From contig OZ243916.1 in the NCBI GenBank assembly GCA_965213675.1, forward strand, positions 3,392,001 to 3,456,000: a stretch of DNA of 64,000 nt, read 5' to 3'. The DNA is from an uncultured Candidatus Binatia bacterium (lineage in GTDB: Bacteria; Desulfobacterota; Binatia; UBA9968; JAJDTQ01). Numbering within the stretch: position 1 is the first letter of the stretch; the number at the start of each line of letters is the position of its first letter. The notes under the pieces are model-generated. The model saw only the letters and a list, made by a program, of their open reading frames with translations, was not told where the DNA came from and searched no databases. Positions 1-9,313 of the stretch are shown here, piece after piece. Both the position numbers and the translations under genes were made by a program.

Positions 1-750
1 GGGAGCCAGGCCCAGTCCGGCGCGCGGGCCGGCGCCGCCCCGTTCCACGCCCTGCGCATGGGCCTGCGCTACGTGAAAGGGCTCGGGGAAGCCGACTGGC
101 TGCGCATCGAGAGTGCCCGGCGCGCCGCCCCGTTCCGTTCCCTGGCCGATCTCGCTTCCCGCACTGGGCTGCGGCAGGACCTCCTCGACCGCCTGGCCCA
201 AGCCGGCGCGTTCACCCCGCGCACCTCCCGGCGGCGCCAGGCCCTGTGGCAGGTCCAGGGACTCCAGGCGGCGGCGGGAGACGCCCTGTCCCTCGAAACC
301 CCCGCAGCGCGGGTCCCGTTCGAGCCCCTGAGCGGCCTCGAGTCCATCGTCTGGGACTACCGCACCGCCGATCACAGCCCCCGGGGCCACCCCCTGGCCC
401 ACCTGCGCCCGCGGATCGCCGCCCAGGGCCTTCCCGACGCCGCCGCCGTGCAGCGCATGCCACACGGCCGCCGCGTGGACTACGCCGGCATCGTCATCTG
501 CCGCCAGCGCCCCAAGACCGCCCGGGGCGTCATCTTCATGACCCTCGAAGACGAAACCGGCTTCGTCAACGTCATCGTGTGGCGCGACGTCTATGAACGG
601 TTCCGGGTCGCCGTCAAGACCCTCTCCTTCATGGGCGTCAGCGGCCCCCTGCAGAACGAGTCCACCGTGGTCCACATCGTCGTGGAGTCGGTATGGCAGC
701 CGGAGATAGGCGCGGAGCCGGTGAGGAGGAAGAGCCGGGATTTTCAGTAG
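1..750 (+). CDS. dnaE2: Error-prone DNA polymerase DnaE2, C-terminal part (5' end outside window)
   Basis: GLRYVKGL HhH region and C-terminal OB-fold motif GIVICRQRPKTARGVIFMTLEDETGFVNVIVW; ends in SRDFQ, a typical DnaE2 tail. Confidence 0.93.
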   Translation, partial: GSQAQSGARAGAAPFHALRMGLRYVKGLGEADWLRIESARRAAPFRSLADLASRTGLRQDLLDRLAQAGAFTPRTSRRRQALWQVQGLQAAAGDALSLETPAARVPFEPLSGLESIVWDYRTADHSPRGHPLAHLRPRIAAQGLPDAAAVQRMPHGRRVDYAGIVICRQRPKTARGVIFMTLEDETGFVNVIVWRDVYERFRVAVKTLSFMGVSGPLQNESTVVHIVVESVWQPEIGAEPVRRKSRDFQ

Positions 751-918
751 GACGGGCTTGGCATCGTCCACAAGCAGCCCACCAGGCAACTGCTTGTTGT
801 TGCTATATTGCTTTCACTGCTGTCCCACAAGAATCAGGTGCCGGGTAGGGGGAGTTGAGGGTGCGTGGGAGGAGGGCAGAGGCAAGGTCCCCTGTGATGT
901 CCGTGTGGCGGGTATTGG

Positions 919-1143
919 TCACGCGTACTCGTAGAGCGGCACTGTACTGGCTGGCTGATTCTGCCCCTCAAGCAGGACTTCTATCCTGCGAACCGTCTCC
1001 GGCCTTAGAAGCACGTCTCCGCACACGGCACAGACCTCGGCCGGAACATGATCGATAACGATCACTTGACCACGGTACCGTACGGTGTGCATGGCTGTCC
1101 CCGTACCGTACTCTCCTGGGCATCCTTCGATACTGCACTTCAT
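919..1143 (-). CDS. YgiT-type zinc-finger protein (MqsA-like antitoxin family)
   Basis: 74 aa, MKCSIEGC...VIVIDHVPAEVCAVCGDVLL; ATG overlaps the stop of the upstream DUF4258-like fragment (ATGA). Confidence 0.85.
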   Translation of the reverse strand: MKCSIEGCPGEYGTGTAMHTVRYRGQVIVIDHVPAEVCAVCGDVLLRPETVRRIEVLLEGQNQPASTVPLYEYA

Positions 1144-1295
1144 GGCGATGGCCTCCTCTGCGTGGGAGTGAGCCACTTGGGCAACTTCGGTTCGTAAACT
1201 GTAATGATGATAAGGGTCGGCCGGCCTGATGTGCAAACAACATGAACGGCCCGCCCGGCTCGGGTGCGACCATAGATCAACCAACACGCTCCCTT
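1140..1295 (-). pseudogene. DUF4258-family putative toxin, 3' fragment only
   Basis: LIYGRTRAGRAVHVVC...LIIITVYEP..KW matches the C-terminal half of DUF4258; the N-terminal half is replaced by the end of the AAA ATPase gene. Confidence 0.75.
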
Positions 1296-1296
1296 C

Positions 1297-4200
1297 TCAG
1301 GAGCTGGCCGAGGATCTCTGGGCCCATGCCCACCAGCGTCGGAGGCAGTCGTTGGCGACGCCGTCGGGCAGGCTTGTGGCTGCGGGGGTGGTTTGTGCGT
1401 CGAGGCGAAGTTTGTCCTCGGTGAGGACGGGGCGGTCATCGAGGTGACCGCTTTCGGTGAGGTGATTCCGGAGCTTCTCGATGTTGCTCTTTCGGAAACC
1501 GCGCAGGCGCGGATCGTCGTTGTTGTCGAGGGCGTCCACAAGGCGCCTTGGGTCGCCGTTCAGGCCCTGCGCGATGACCGTGACGTCCTCGAGGAAGCGC
1601 TCGGTCAGGGCGTCGCTTTCCTCAAGGACGGCGCGGTCCACGGGCCGGTTCTTCCCTTGCATCCATAGCTCGCAGAAGGTCTCGAGGAGGTCCAGCCTGG
1701 CGGTGATGTCCGCCAGCGAAACCGAGCGTGAGCCCAGACGCTCGGCGAGCGGGCTGTCCACTACCGTTCGCCACTGTCCAGCCCGCTCGATCCCGTTCAA
1801 CAGAAAATCGTGCAGCAGGTCCGGGGCGTCCCACAGAAGGTAGAAGAAGTGCTGCTCCGCGTAGCCGAGTTCGGGGCGCAATGCCGGCACGTCCAGGGCC
1901 GCTCCGTATTCCTCGGACGACAGGCCGTCGGGGACGGGCACCGGCGGTCCAAGTTCGACCCGAAGCGCCCGCGCCCCACCCGCGCTGGCCGTCTGCGTGC
2001 GTATGAGGCCCAGGTCGATCCCGGCCGCAAGCTCGCACTCCTCCCGGCCGAGGGCGTCCCGGATTCGATCCACGTCCATGGGATCGCTGGTGAGATAAAA
2101 GATCTGCCGGTCCTGTTCCCGCGCCACGCGCCCGAGGCTCCGCACCACGGCTTCGAAGCGGCGGGGGTCGCTCTGATCCAGGGCTTCGTCGAGAAACAGC
2201 GGCATTGTCTTGTTCTGTTCCACCTCCTCGGCAAACGCGATGCGCGCCGCCAGCAGTAACTGCACCCGGGTCCCGTCCGACAACTCGTCGATCTCCCGCA
2301 TTTCACTGCTGCGCGCCTCGCGGGCAAAGAGCCGCGGAGAACCGTTGTCTTTGCCCAACTCCAGCTTGTAGCCGTGGTGGGTGAACGCGAAGAAATGGTC
2401 CCGCGCGCGTTCCAGCACCCGGGGCATCCGGGTATGTTCGAACTCCCGTTCCACCGCGCCGATGAGGAAGCGCCCCGCCCTGGCGTACACCGCGTCGTCG
2501 CGCAGGTCCCGCAGTTTCGCGCGCGTCTCTTCACGAACGGTGATGAGCCCCTGTGTGCCGTTGCCGTTCCTGGCCGCGTCCGTCCGCGTGGTGATTTCGG
2601 CGATCTCGTTCCGCAATTCACCGGCGCGCGCCTCCGCGCGCGACAGATCGCCCTTGAGCTGTTCGAGGGACAGGGCGTCGGCTTCGGCCAGTTTCTCCGC
2701 CCCAACCTTGGCTAGCTCCGTTTGATCCAGGCCGATCTGGCCTTCGAGTCCCGTCCTTTCGTTGACCAGGTCCCGGTAGGGCTCCAATGAATGAATCAGC
2801 GCCACAAGGCCCTTCATGTCGCCTTCGCTCAGCGACGCGTCCGCATAGATGCGCCTGACGGACTTGACCGTGGCCTCGCGGTCCACCGCGATCTCCTCGA
2901 TCTGAGCCGTCATGCTGCGCTCGTCGGAGAGCGCCTGTTCCAGCCGGGAACTCCGGTCGGCGACGTGGTGGATGCGCGCCTTGGCCGTGGCCGCATCGTC
3001 GGGCTTCGACTCGCCGTGCGCCTCCAGAATGTCGGCCAGGCTGGACAACAGGGCGGCATACTTCTCTTCGAGGCCTTCCACGCGGCCCGCCGCGGCCTCG
3101 TCGTCGCGCCGGGCCACGCGAAGGTGGTCCAGGGCGCGGGCGAAGTCCACCAGTTCCGCGTCCGGCGGAATGGTTTCCAGGCCCAGTCTTTCTCCGATTT
3201 CCTTCCTGCGGGCGTCCAGCGCGGCCTCCGGTTCGGACAGCCCCGCCAACTCGTTCTCCAGCCTCCGCCGTTGCAGGCTGCGGTCGCGCGCCTGCTCGAT
3301 GGCGGCCTCCATGTCCGCGGTCACGCGCTCCAACCTGTGCAGGTGCGACCCCACCGACGGGAGATCCCATTCATCAGGGGGGTCCAGGCCCAGTTCCTCG
3401 AAGGCGGCCTGCGCGGCCTGCCGGTCCACGTCGACATGTTGCCGGTCACCCAGCAGCAGCAACGCCAGCGTCGCGCCGATACCCAAGCCTCCCAACAACC
3501 CGGCGATGGGAACCCACATGGAGCCGCCCGGCAGACCCCCTCCCAAAAAGGATGTGACCGTACCCAACAGTATCATCACGCCGGCGAAGAGCAGCCAGCG
3601 CCAACGGCCGCGGACCCTGGACGCCACGTCCTCGGGCTCCGGCGCGCGCAACCACCCGCGCAGGGCTTCCGCCCCGGCGCGCAACCTCTCCAGGTCCCGC
3701 TCGGCTTCCTCGGGCAGTTCGAGGCGGTCGAGTTGGCGCAGCCGTTCCCGCAGCGTATGGACCTGTACCGTGTGTTCCTGGCTCGAACGCAGAAACGCGA
3801 ACAATTCGCCGTGCTCGGCCAGGGTCAGAGTGGTCTGGTCCACTAGGTGGGCGTCGTGGTCGCCGACCTCATGCAGCGCCGCGGCAAGTTTCCTTCGGGT
3901 GGCGTTCCGTTCGGTCCTGGAGGTGTCCAGCTCCAGCTCGATGCGGCTCAATTCGTCGGCATTCTCGCGCCAGGCCGCCAGACTGGACGGTTCCACCGGC
4001 TCGTCCAGGGCGGCCTGCTGCCGGGCTTCGCGCGCCTTGTGCAATTGCTGTTCCAGCGAGCGTGTCCGTTCCGCCAATGTGTCGGCCTGATGCTGGTAGC
4101 GCTCGACCTCCTCGACTTCCTTGCCGGTGAGCGTTGCCAGCGCCTCGGGCAGCGCATCGATCCGCTCCACGATCCCGGCCAGCTCCTGCCGCCGGCGCGC

Positions 4201-4827
4201 AAGTCCGATGGCGCGCTCCACCAGCACCAGCCGGCGCGCGGCGGCATCGGCCTGTTCGAGTTGTTCCTTGAGGGTTTCAAGCTCATCCGCGCGCCGTTGG
4301 AGGTCGGTCTGCTGGACCACCGCCTTCTGCACCTCGTCGGACGCGTTGTTGAAATCCCGGCGTTGCCGGCGGCCGGCCTGGCGGGACACGCCGGAAAACA
4401 GATCCGAACCGATCTTGTCCAGATCGAATCCGCCGGACATCTGCCTCCGGATCTCCGAGGCGATGTCGGCGGTGCCGTCCCGAGACGGATCGATGAGATC
4501 GCGCAGGCGCAGAAAGAAACAGCGGCGATTGTGGGACGGGGGCAGGTTCGGGGAACCGTGCGTGCCGTTCTCCCGCCGCCAGGCCGCGCGGTTTCCGTCG
4601 CGCTGGCCCCACCACAATTCCCCCTCCATTTCGAATTCGGCGTTAACCGAAGTGAGCGGAGAGGGGTAGCGGTCTTCCCAATAGACACTTTCGAGGGCGC
4701 GGCAGATGCTCGACTTGCCCACCCCGTTGGGTCCGAACACGACGTGGAAACCCGCACCCGCCGCTTCGATCTCGAAGGGTTGGTTGATGCCCGGCAGGCG
4801 GTTGATGGCGAGACGTTTGAGCTTCAT
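1297..4827 (-). CDS. YhaN/SbcC-like AAA ATPase with long coiled coil
   Basis: Walker A GPNGVGKS, signature LSDGT and Walker B LFLDEALD; central coiled coil with a hydrophobic segment; ATG at 4827 overlaps the upstream stop. Confidence 0.88.
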   Translation of the reverse strand: MKLKRLAINRLPGINQPFEIEAAGAGFHVVFGPNGVGKSSICRALESVYWEDRYPSPLTSVNAEFEMEGELWWGQRDGNRAAWRRENGTHGSPNLPPSHNRRCFFLRLRDLIDPSRDGTADIASEIRRQMSGGFDLDKIGSDLFSGVSRQAGRRQRRDFNNASDEVQKAVVQQTDLQRRADELETLKEQLEQADAAARRLVLVERAIGLARRRQELAGIVERIDALPEALATLTGKEVEEVERYQHQADTLAERTRSLEQQLHKAREARQQAALDEPVEPSSLAAWRENADELSRIELELDTSRTERNATRRKLAAALHEVGDHDAHLVDQTTLTLAEHGELFAFLRSSQEHTVQVHTLRERLRQLDRLELPEEAERDLERLRAGAEALRGWLRAPEPEDVASRVRGRWRWLLFAGVMILLGTVTSFLGGGLPGGSMWVPIAGLLGGLGIGATLALLLLGDRQHVDVDRQAAQAAFEELGLDPPDEWDLPSVGSHLHRLERVTADMEAAIEQARDRSLQRRRLENELAGLSEPEAALDARRKEIGERLGLETIPPDAELVDFARALDHLRVARRDDEAAAGRVEGLEEKYAALLSSLADILEAHGESKPDDAATAKARIHHVADRSSRLEQALSDERSMTAQIEEIAVDREATVKSVRRIYADASLSEGDMKGLVALIHSLEPYRDLVNERTGLEGQIGLDQTELAKVGAEKLAEADALSLEQLKGDLSRAEARAGELRNEIAEITTRTDAARNGNGTQGLITVREETRAKLRDLRDDAVYARAGRFLIGAVEREFEHTRMPRVLERARDHFFAFTHHGYKLELGKDNGSPRLFAREARSSEMREIDELSDGTRVQLLLAARIAFAEEVEQNKTMPLFLDEALDQSDPRRFEAVVRSLGRVAREQDRQIFYLTSDPMDVDRIRDALGREECELAAGIDLGLIRTQTASAGGARALRVELGPPVPVPDGLSSEEYGAALDVPALRPELGYAEQHFFYLLWDAPDLLHDFLLNGIERAGQWRTVVDSPLAERLGSRSVSLADITARLDLLETFCELWMQGKNRPVDRAVLEESDALTERFLEDVTVIAQGLNGDPRRLVDALDNNDDPRLRGFRKSNIEKLRNHLTESGHLDDRPVLTEDKLRLDAQTTPAATSLPDGVANDCLRRWWAWAQRSSASS

Positions 4828-6167
4828 GTCGCGCTGCCTCGGTCGCGGTCGGCAAGCATGGCGTTCAGGGCTGCCTTGCCGGCCTTGAAGAGTACCTCGC
4901 GCAGGGCGTTGTCCGACAACGGGTCCACGGCGCTGCGATGTTCCTGAACGGGACCCCAGACGTCCTCCCGGGCCACTTCCGCGAGCTCCGCGCGCGCCGC
5001 CTCCAGGAACGCCCGCGAGCGCTCGTCGTCGCGCGACAGCATCAGCAGCCGTTGCGCCATCAGGGCGGCGGGATCGTCGCCGGTGGCGATTTGCGTCAGA
5101 TCCAGGCGCAACTCCATGGCGTCCACCACCTTGTTGAAGAAGACCGCGGTGCGGTCGACGACGCGGCCCATGGTGCTCCACTCGCCGCCGGCGATCCACT
5201 GCCGGATATCTTCGTAACAGCCGCTGGCCCCGGCGAGCCGCACGCGCAACCCGAGCGCCCGAGGCAGCGGGGCAACCCCGGCGAGGCGCTGAACGATGCG
5301 CTCCGCTTCGCTCAGCAGCCTGTCGCCGACGTCGTCCACGTGTTCGAGTCCGTCCACCCGGATGGTCACCTGCTCCCATCGCAGCGGCGCGAAGGGGATG
5401 AGCCCAAGTTCGATGGCGCCGTTACGGGCAATCTTCAGGAACCAGGGGCCGTGAGGTCCTGTTTCCGACGGGTCGAGTCCCACCAGCGATCCGAGATAGC
5501 CACACGGCCGGGTCCCCTTCGATGCGGTCAGTTTATCAAGGGACGGCTTGTGAATGTGGCCCAGGAGCCACGCGTCGTAGCCGGTGTCGTCCAGTTCCGT
5601 CTGCCTGACCGGCGCGTAGGAGCCACGGGTGGCGCCCAGGTCCGCGTGCAGCAGGCCGATGCGCGGCACCGGACGCGACAGCGCCGGTAACGGCCGCTTC
5701 AACAACTCCGCCACTGGACTCTGGCGCACGCGCTCCTGGCCGAACGACCAGCCCACCACCTGCACCACGGGGACCTCGCCGTCGGATATCGTCCGGGCTT
5801 CCCAGCGGCCGCCGGCGCCCAGGACCGTGAACCCGTCGATCAGGGCCGCCAGCCGCGGCAAGGCCTCGACATCGTGGTTGCCGGCCACCGCGACGACTTC
5901 GATGCCCGCGTCGATCAACCGCCGGATGCAATCTTCGAGCGGCGCCATCGCCTCGAAACGAGCGTTGGTGCTTTCCACCACGTCGCCCGCGAACAACACC
6001 GCGTCGAAGCGGTTCTCGATGGCCAGATCCACCGCGAGCCGGAGCGCGGCCGCGGGCGTAATCTCGCTTGGATTCACGCCTTGGGACTCGATCCAGTCCG
6101 GCACACCCGAGCAGGCCGTACCGAGATGGACATCGCCGATGGCGAGTATGGAAACGCCGTTACTCAT
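4824..6167 (-). CDS. YhaO/SbcD-like metallophosphoesterase (DNA repair exonuclease)
   Basis: Calcineurin-like motifs GDVHLG, FAGDVV, GNHD and LGHIH; coupled to the ATPase. Confidence 0.9.
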   Translation of the reverse strand: MSNGVSILAIGDVHLGTACSGVPDWIESQGVNPSEITPAAALRLAVDLAIENRFDAVLFAGDVVESTNARFEAMAPLEDCIRRLIDAGIEVVAVAGNHDVEALPRLAALIDGFTVLGAGGRWEARTISDGEVPVVQVVGWSFGQERVRQSPVAELLKRPLPALSRPVPRIGLLHADLGATRGSYAPVRQTELDDTGYDAWLLGHIHKPSLDKLTASKGTRPCGYLGSLVGLDPSETGPHGPWFLKIARNGAIELGLIPFAPLRWEQVTIRVDGLEHVDDVGDRLLSEAERIVQRLAGVAPLPRALGLRVRLAGASGCYEDIRQWIAGGEWSTMGRVVDRTAVFFNKVVDAMELRLDLTQIATGDDPAALMAQRLLMLSRDDERSRAFLEAARAELAEVAREDVWGPVQEHRSAVDPLSDNALREVLFKAGKAALNAMLADRDRGSAT

Positions 6168-6363
6168 TCTTTAACCCTTGGCTGCGGCACGAATACACCC
6201 AACTGCCCTCAATTGATTATCCACGAATCGCGAATGTTCGCAAGACCAGCCATGCTTGCGGGTGCCGTCACTTCCCGCGGATTGCACCCGTCTGAGGTGG
6301 TCCCACATCGTTGGACAGGAAGGCGGCAGAAATAAGGTGTATTCCTCGCAGCGGGTCATGCCG

Positions 6364-6633
6364 CTAGGGTCCAGGGGGCCGCCGAACGGTTGCTGGTCCG
6401 CTTAACGCAGCGTCCGCCGCCAAACGCTCCTTGAGAGCCCGGAACCCGGCTTCGTCGAGCCCGGTGGCGGACTCGATCACGTCCCAGGCCACTCCGACCT
6501 TCAAAAAGCCCTCCACCGTTTCGACCCTGCCGCGTCGTATGCCCTGCCGCACACCATGTTGCACGCCCTGTTGCATCCCTTCTTCGAGCCCCTGCTCCCG
6601 GCCTTCCGCCAGAAGTTCGTGGGCATATGCCAT
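6364..6633 (-). CDS. Putative internally initiated small Rpn C-terminal protein (RpnS-like), copy 1
   Basis: In-frame ATG preceded by AGGAAGGAGACATC; product starts MAYAHELLAEGREQG. Confidence 0.55.
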   Translation of the reverse strand: MAYAHELLAEGREQGLEEGMQQGVQHGVRQGIRRGRVETVEGFLKVGVAWDVIESATGLDEAGFRALKERLAADAALSGPATVRRPPGP

Positions 6634-7310
6634 GATGTCTCCTTCCTGAGCGCTTCCGGGCCGCTTCAGCTTCGTGGTGAAGGTGTCCCAGGTCGCGTGG
6701 TCCTGTGTTGCCAGCACATATAGAACGAATATCCCAAGTGGGCTTCCCGCGCCACCCGATCCCGGCGACGCCAGCAGCCTCGCAGCCTCTTCCAGAGCGG
6801 CTTGAGCATGCCTTCCAGCCGCGGCCATCATCAACAACTGCGCGATGCGGCCCGCCACCCCGCCTTCGACGCTTTCGGGCTCCAACTCCGTCTGGTCCAA
6901 CAGCACATGCTCGAACCGGGGCACCCACGGCCATCCCCGAACCTCCTCTCGGAACAGGTCCGCGAACTCCGTAGAATGTTGCCACCCCCGGCTCCCTTGG
7001 TACAATACCAACGGCAGGATGGGCGACAATTTCGTAAGCCCGGGCTCGTCCCGCCGTTCCGTATCCCAGATGCGGAAGCAATACTTGAGCAATCGGAACG
7101 GCATCCACGCATCGGGAGTCGATTGGTGCTCAAACAGCAGGTAGAGCCGCACCGGGCGTACATTCTCTCCATAGCCCGCCTCGAAGAGCAGATCGGTTTC
7201 GCTCTCCCGCAGGGCGTCGTCGATGAAGGTGCCGTCGATGAGCCGGAGACTGTCCCAATGGACCTTGTCTAAGAGATCCCGGGGCAGGACGGAGCGGAGC
7301 AGGCTGGCGG
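6364..7310 (-). pseudogene. Rpn/YhgA-like PD-(D/E)XK nuclease, copy 1, 5'-deleted
   Basis: Near-identical to 11172-12248 but lacks the start codon and the N-terminal EHPHD motif; in-frame stop just upstream. Confidence 0.85.
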
Positions 7311-7373
7311 TTCCTCGACGCAGCCTGTGTCAAGACTTCACTTGAACGGGAAACGGCACGGCCACCTCAAAGC

Positions 7374-7400
7374 GTCATTCCCGCGAAAGCGGGAATCCAG
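7374..7400. repeat. REP-like palindrome GTCATTCCCGCGAAAGCGGGAATCCAG
   Basis: Same motif recurs at 46547-46641 and within 48860-49728. Confidence 0.8.
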
Positions 7401-7464
7401 GCAACCATAGTCAGCAGCGGTGTCGCTCGTTGGGGTCAGCAGGTGGAATCATGGCGTTCGCGGG

Positions 7465-7790
7465 CTATTGTCGAGCAAAGACGAACAATTCGTGCCGATA
7501 CCACAGGCGGCTGTAGACGGCGTGGTGTTGCACCACCAACCCGGCTTCGCGCGCCCGCCTGACGCCGCTTTCAAAATCGGCGTAGTGGATCCACTCGGCC
7601 GAGAACACCAAGTCGTGAATGCGGTTGGCCAAGGCTATCCACAGGGGTCTCTTGGCCATGTCTTTGCAGACGAGCAGACCGCCGGGTCGCAGGACCTCGG
7701 CGGCACGGTGCCAAACACTGTCGTGCATTTCTGGCTTCAGGTGATGCATGACGTCGATCATTGTGACGACGTCGTACAAGCCATTCCCGG
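7465..7790 (-). pseudogene. Class I SAM-dependent methyltransferase, 3' fragment
   Basis: YDVVTMIDVMHH...VLRPGGLLVCKD; motif I (GxGxG) is missing because the 5' side is occupied by an IS remnant. Confidence 0.7.
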
Positions 7791-7799
7791 AATTCTGGG

Positions 7800-7977
7800 C
7801 AGGCCATGCCGAGTCGGAACGCGAGAGGGGTTGGACTCCAGTCGCTACGCGCCCTCCGTCCAACCCCTCTCGCCCGACCGGAACCAACCGAAAAACGCCA
7901 GATCTGAACTCACGCCCTTCTCGGAACTGTGCAGTTTTCGATTGCCAAAAGTGCGCAGTTTTCGGTTGCCATTGACA
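7800..7977 (-). mobile_element. IS21-family terminal remnant (no transposase)
   Basis: Minus strand begins TGTCAATGGCAACCGAAAACTGCGCACTTTTGGCAATCGAAAACTGCAC (TGT end with tandem subterminal repeats); 16-bp perfect stem at 7821-7836/7858-7873. Confidence 0.7.
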
Positions 7978-8229
7978 GCAGGTCGAATCCACTTGATCCA
8001 AGTGTTGCTGGTCTTTATCTCGGTTTGCAGAAGGGTGCCGTCCTCAATCTGCTTGCTCAACTTCTTGACGTCGGCTTCGAGTTGTGTCAGGCGGGCTTCG
8101 AATCAAAGACATGATCAGGGTTACTCTCGGGCTGTACGACCGGTTGCTACACGACGCCCTGGACCCGAGCGAGCGTCACCTTCCGCGGATTGCACCTGTC
8201 CAAACCGACTGATAACGTCAGGAGCATTC

Positions 8230-9243
8230 GTGTCAAAGGGAGTGGGAATCATCGGTGACGAGAAGCTCGATTGCGACGGTCTTTCGATTGCCGTGGTGAT
8301 CCCGTGCCGGGACGAGGAGGCGGCCATCGCCGGGGTGGTGGAAGACTTCAGGGCGGCGCTCCCCAGCGCGCGCATCCATGTGTACGACAACGCATCCACC
8401 GACAACACCCGCGAGACCGCGGCCAAGGCAGGCGCGGTGGTGCGCTCCGAGCCGGCGCCCGGCAAGGGCCACGTGGTGCGGCGGATGTTCGGCGACATCG
8501 ACGCCGACATTTTCGTGCTGGTGGACGGCGACGGCACCTATCCCGCGGACCGTGCCCCGGAAATGATCGCGCGCTTGATCGATGGCCCGTTGGACATGGT
8601 CAGCGGCGCGCGGGTGCCGGCCCAAAAGGCCGCCTACCGGCCGGGTCATCGCTTGGGCAATCGGGTGATCACCGCCATGGTGGGCGTGATCTTCGGCCAG
8701 CGGTTCTCCGACATCCTGTCGGGCTATCGGGTCCTGTCCCGTCGTTTCGTCAAGTCCTTCCCGGCGCTTTCCAAAGGGTTCGAGATCGAGACCGAAATCA
8801 CCGTGCACGCGCTTGAGATGCGGTTGCCCAGCGCCGAGATGGAGATCCCGTATTTCGAACGGCCTCAAGGTTCGCCCAGCAAGCTCAGAACGATTCGCGA
8901 CGGGCTCTCCATTTTCAAGACCATCTTCATGCTGATCAAGGAGGAGCGGCCGCTGGAGCTGTTCTTCTCCGTGTTCATCCTGTTGGAGCTGGCCGCCGTC
9001 CTCCTCGCCTGGCCCCTACTCACGGAGTATCTTGAAACCGGCCTGGTGCCGCGCATCCCCACGGCCGTGCTCTCCACCGGCTTGGCGCTGCTGGGTTTTC
9101 TGAGCTTGGCATGCAGCCTCATCCTCGACACCGTCACCCTCGGACGCCGGGAGATCAAGCGCCTGCACTATCTCGCCCAGCCGGGCCTGCCGTCTCCGCG
9201 GCGCGCGTCGCCCGATGCCCCTGACGTTCCCCGGGCTTCGTAA
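8230..9243 (+). CDS. GT2 glycosyltransferase, polyprenol-phosphate glycosyltransferase (GtrB/DPM synthase-like)
   Basis: IAVVIPC, YDNASTD, GKG, VDGDGTY, SGYR and FEIETE motifs; two C-terminal TMs; GTG start after CAGGAG (start approximate). Confidence 0.88.
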   Translation: MSKGVGIIGDEKLDCDGLSIAVVIPCRDEEAAIAGVVEDFRAALPSARIHVYDNASTDNTRETAAKAGAVVRSEPAPGKGHVVRRMFGDIDADIFVLVDGDGTYPADRAPEMIARLIDGPLDMVSGARVPAQKAAYRPGHRLGNRVITAMVGVIFGQRFSDILSGYRVLSRRFVKSFPALSKGFEIETEITVHALEMRLPSAEMEIPYFERPQGSPSKLRTIRDGLSIFKTIFMLIKEERPLELFFSVFILLELAAVLLAWPLLTEYLETGLVPRIPTAVLSTGLALLGFLSLACSLILDTVTLGRREIKRLHYLAQPGLPSPRRASPDAPDVPRAS

Positions 9244-9313
9244 ACCCGTACGTCACGGGTCCGGCAAGGCGTGGGTGTCGCACGGCATCCCCGACCCCGA
9301 CATGGATCCATAG

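Noticed and set aside
4828-5379. N-terminal extension of the 1360-aa ATPase ORF
   Set aside because: It overlaps the nuclease gene in another frame; the real start is the ATGA-coupled ATG at 4827
7420-8229. N-terminal extension of the 607-aa GT2 ORF
   Set aside because: It runs antisense to the methyltransferase fragment and through the IS remnant; no GT motifs
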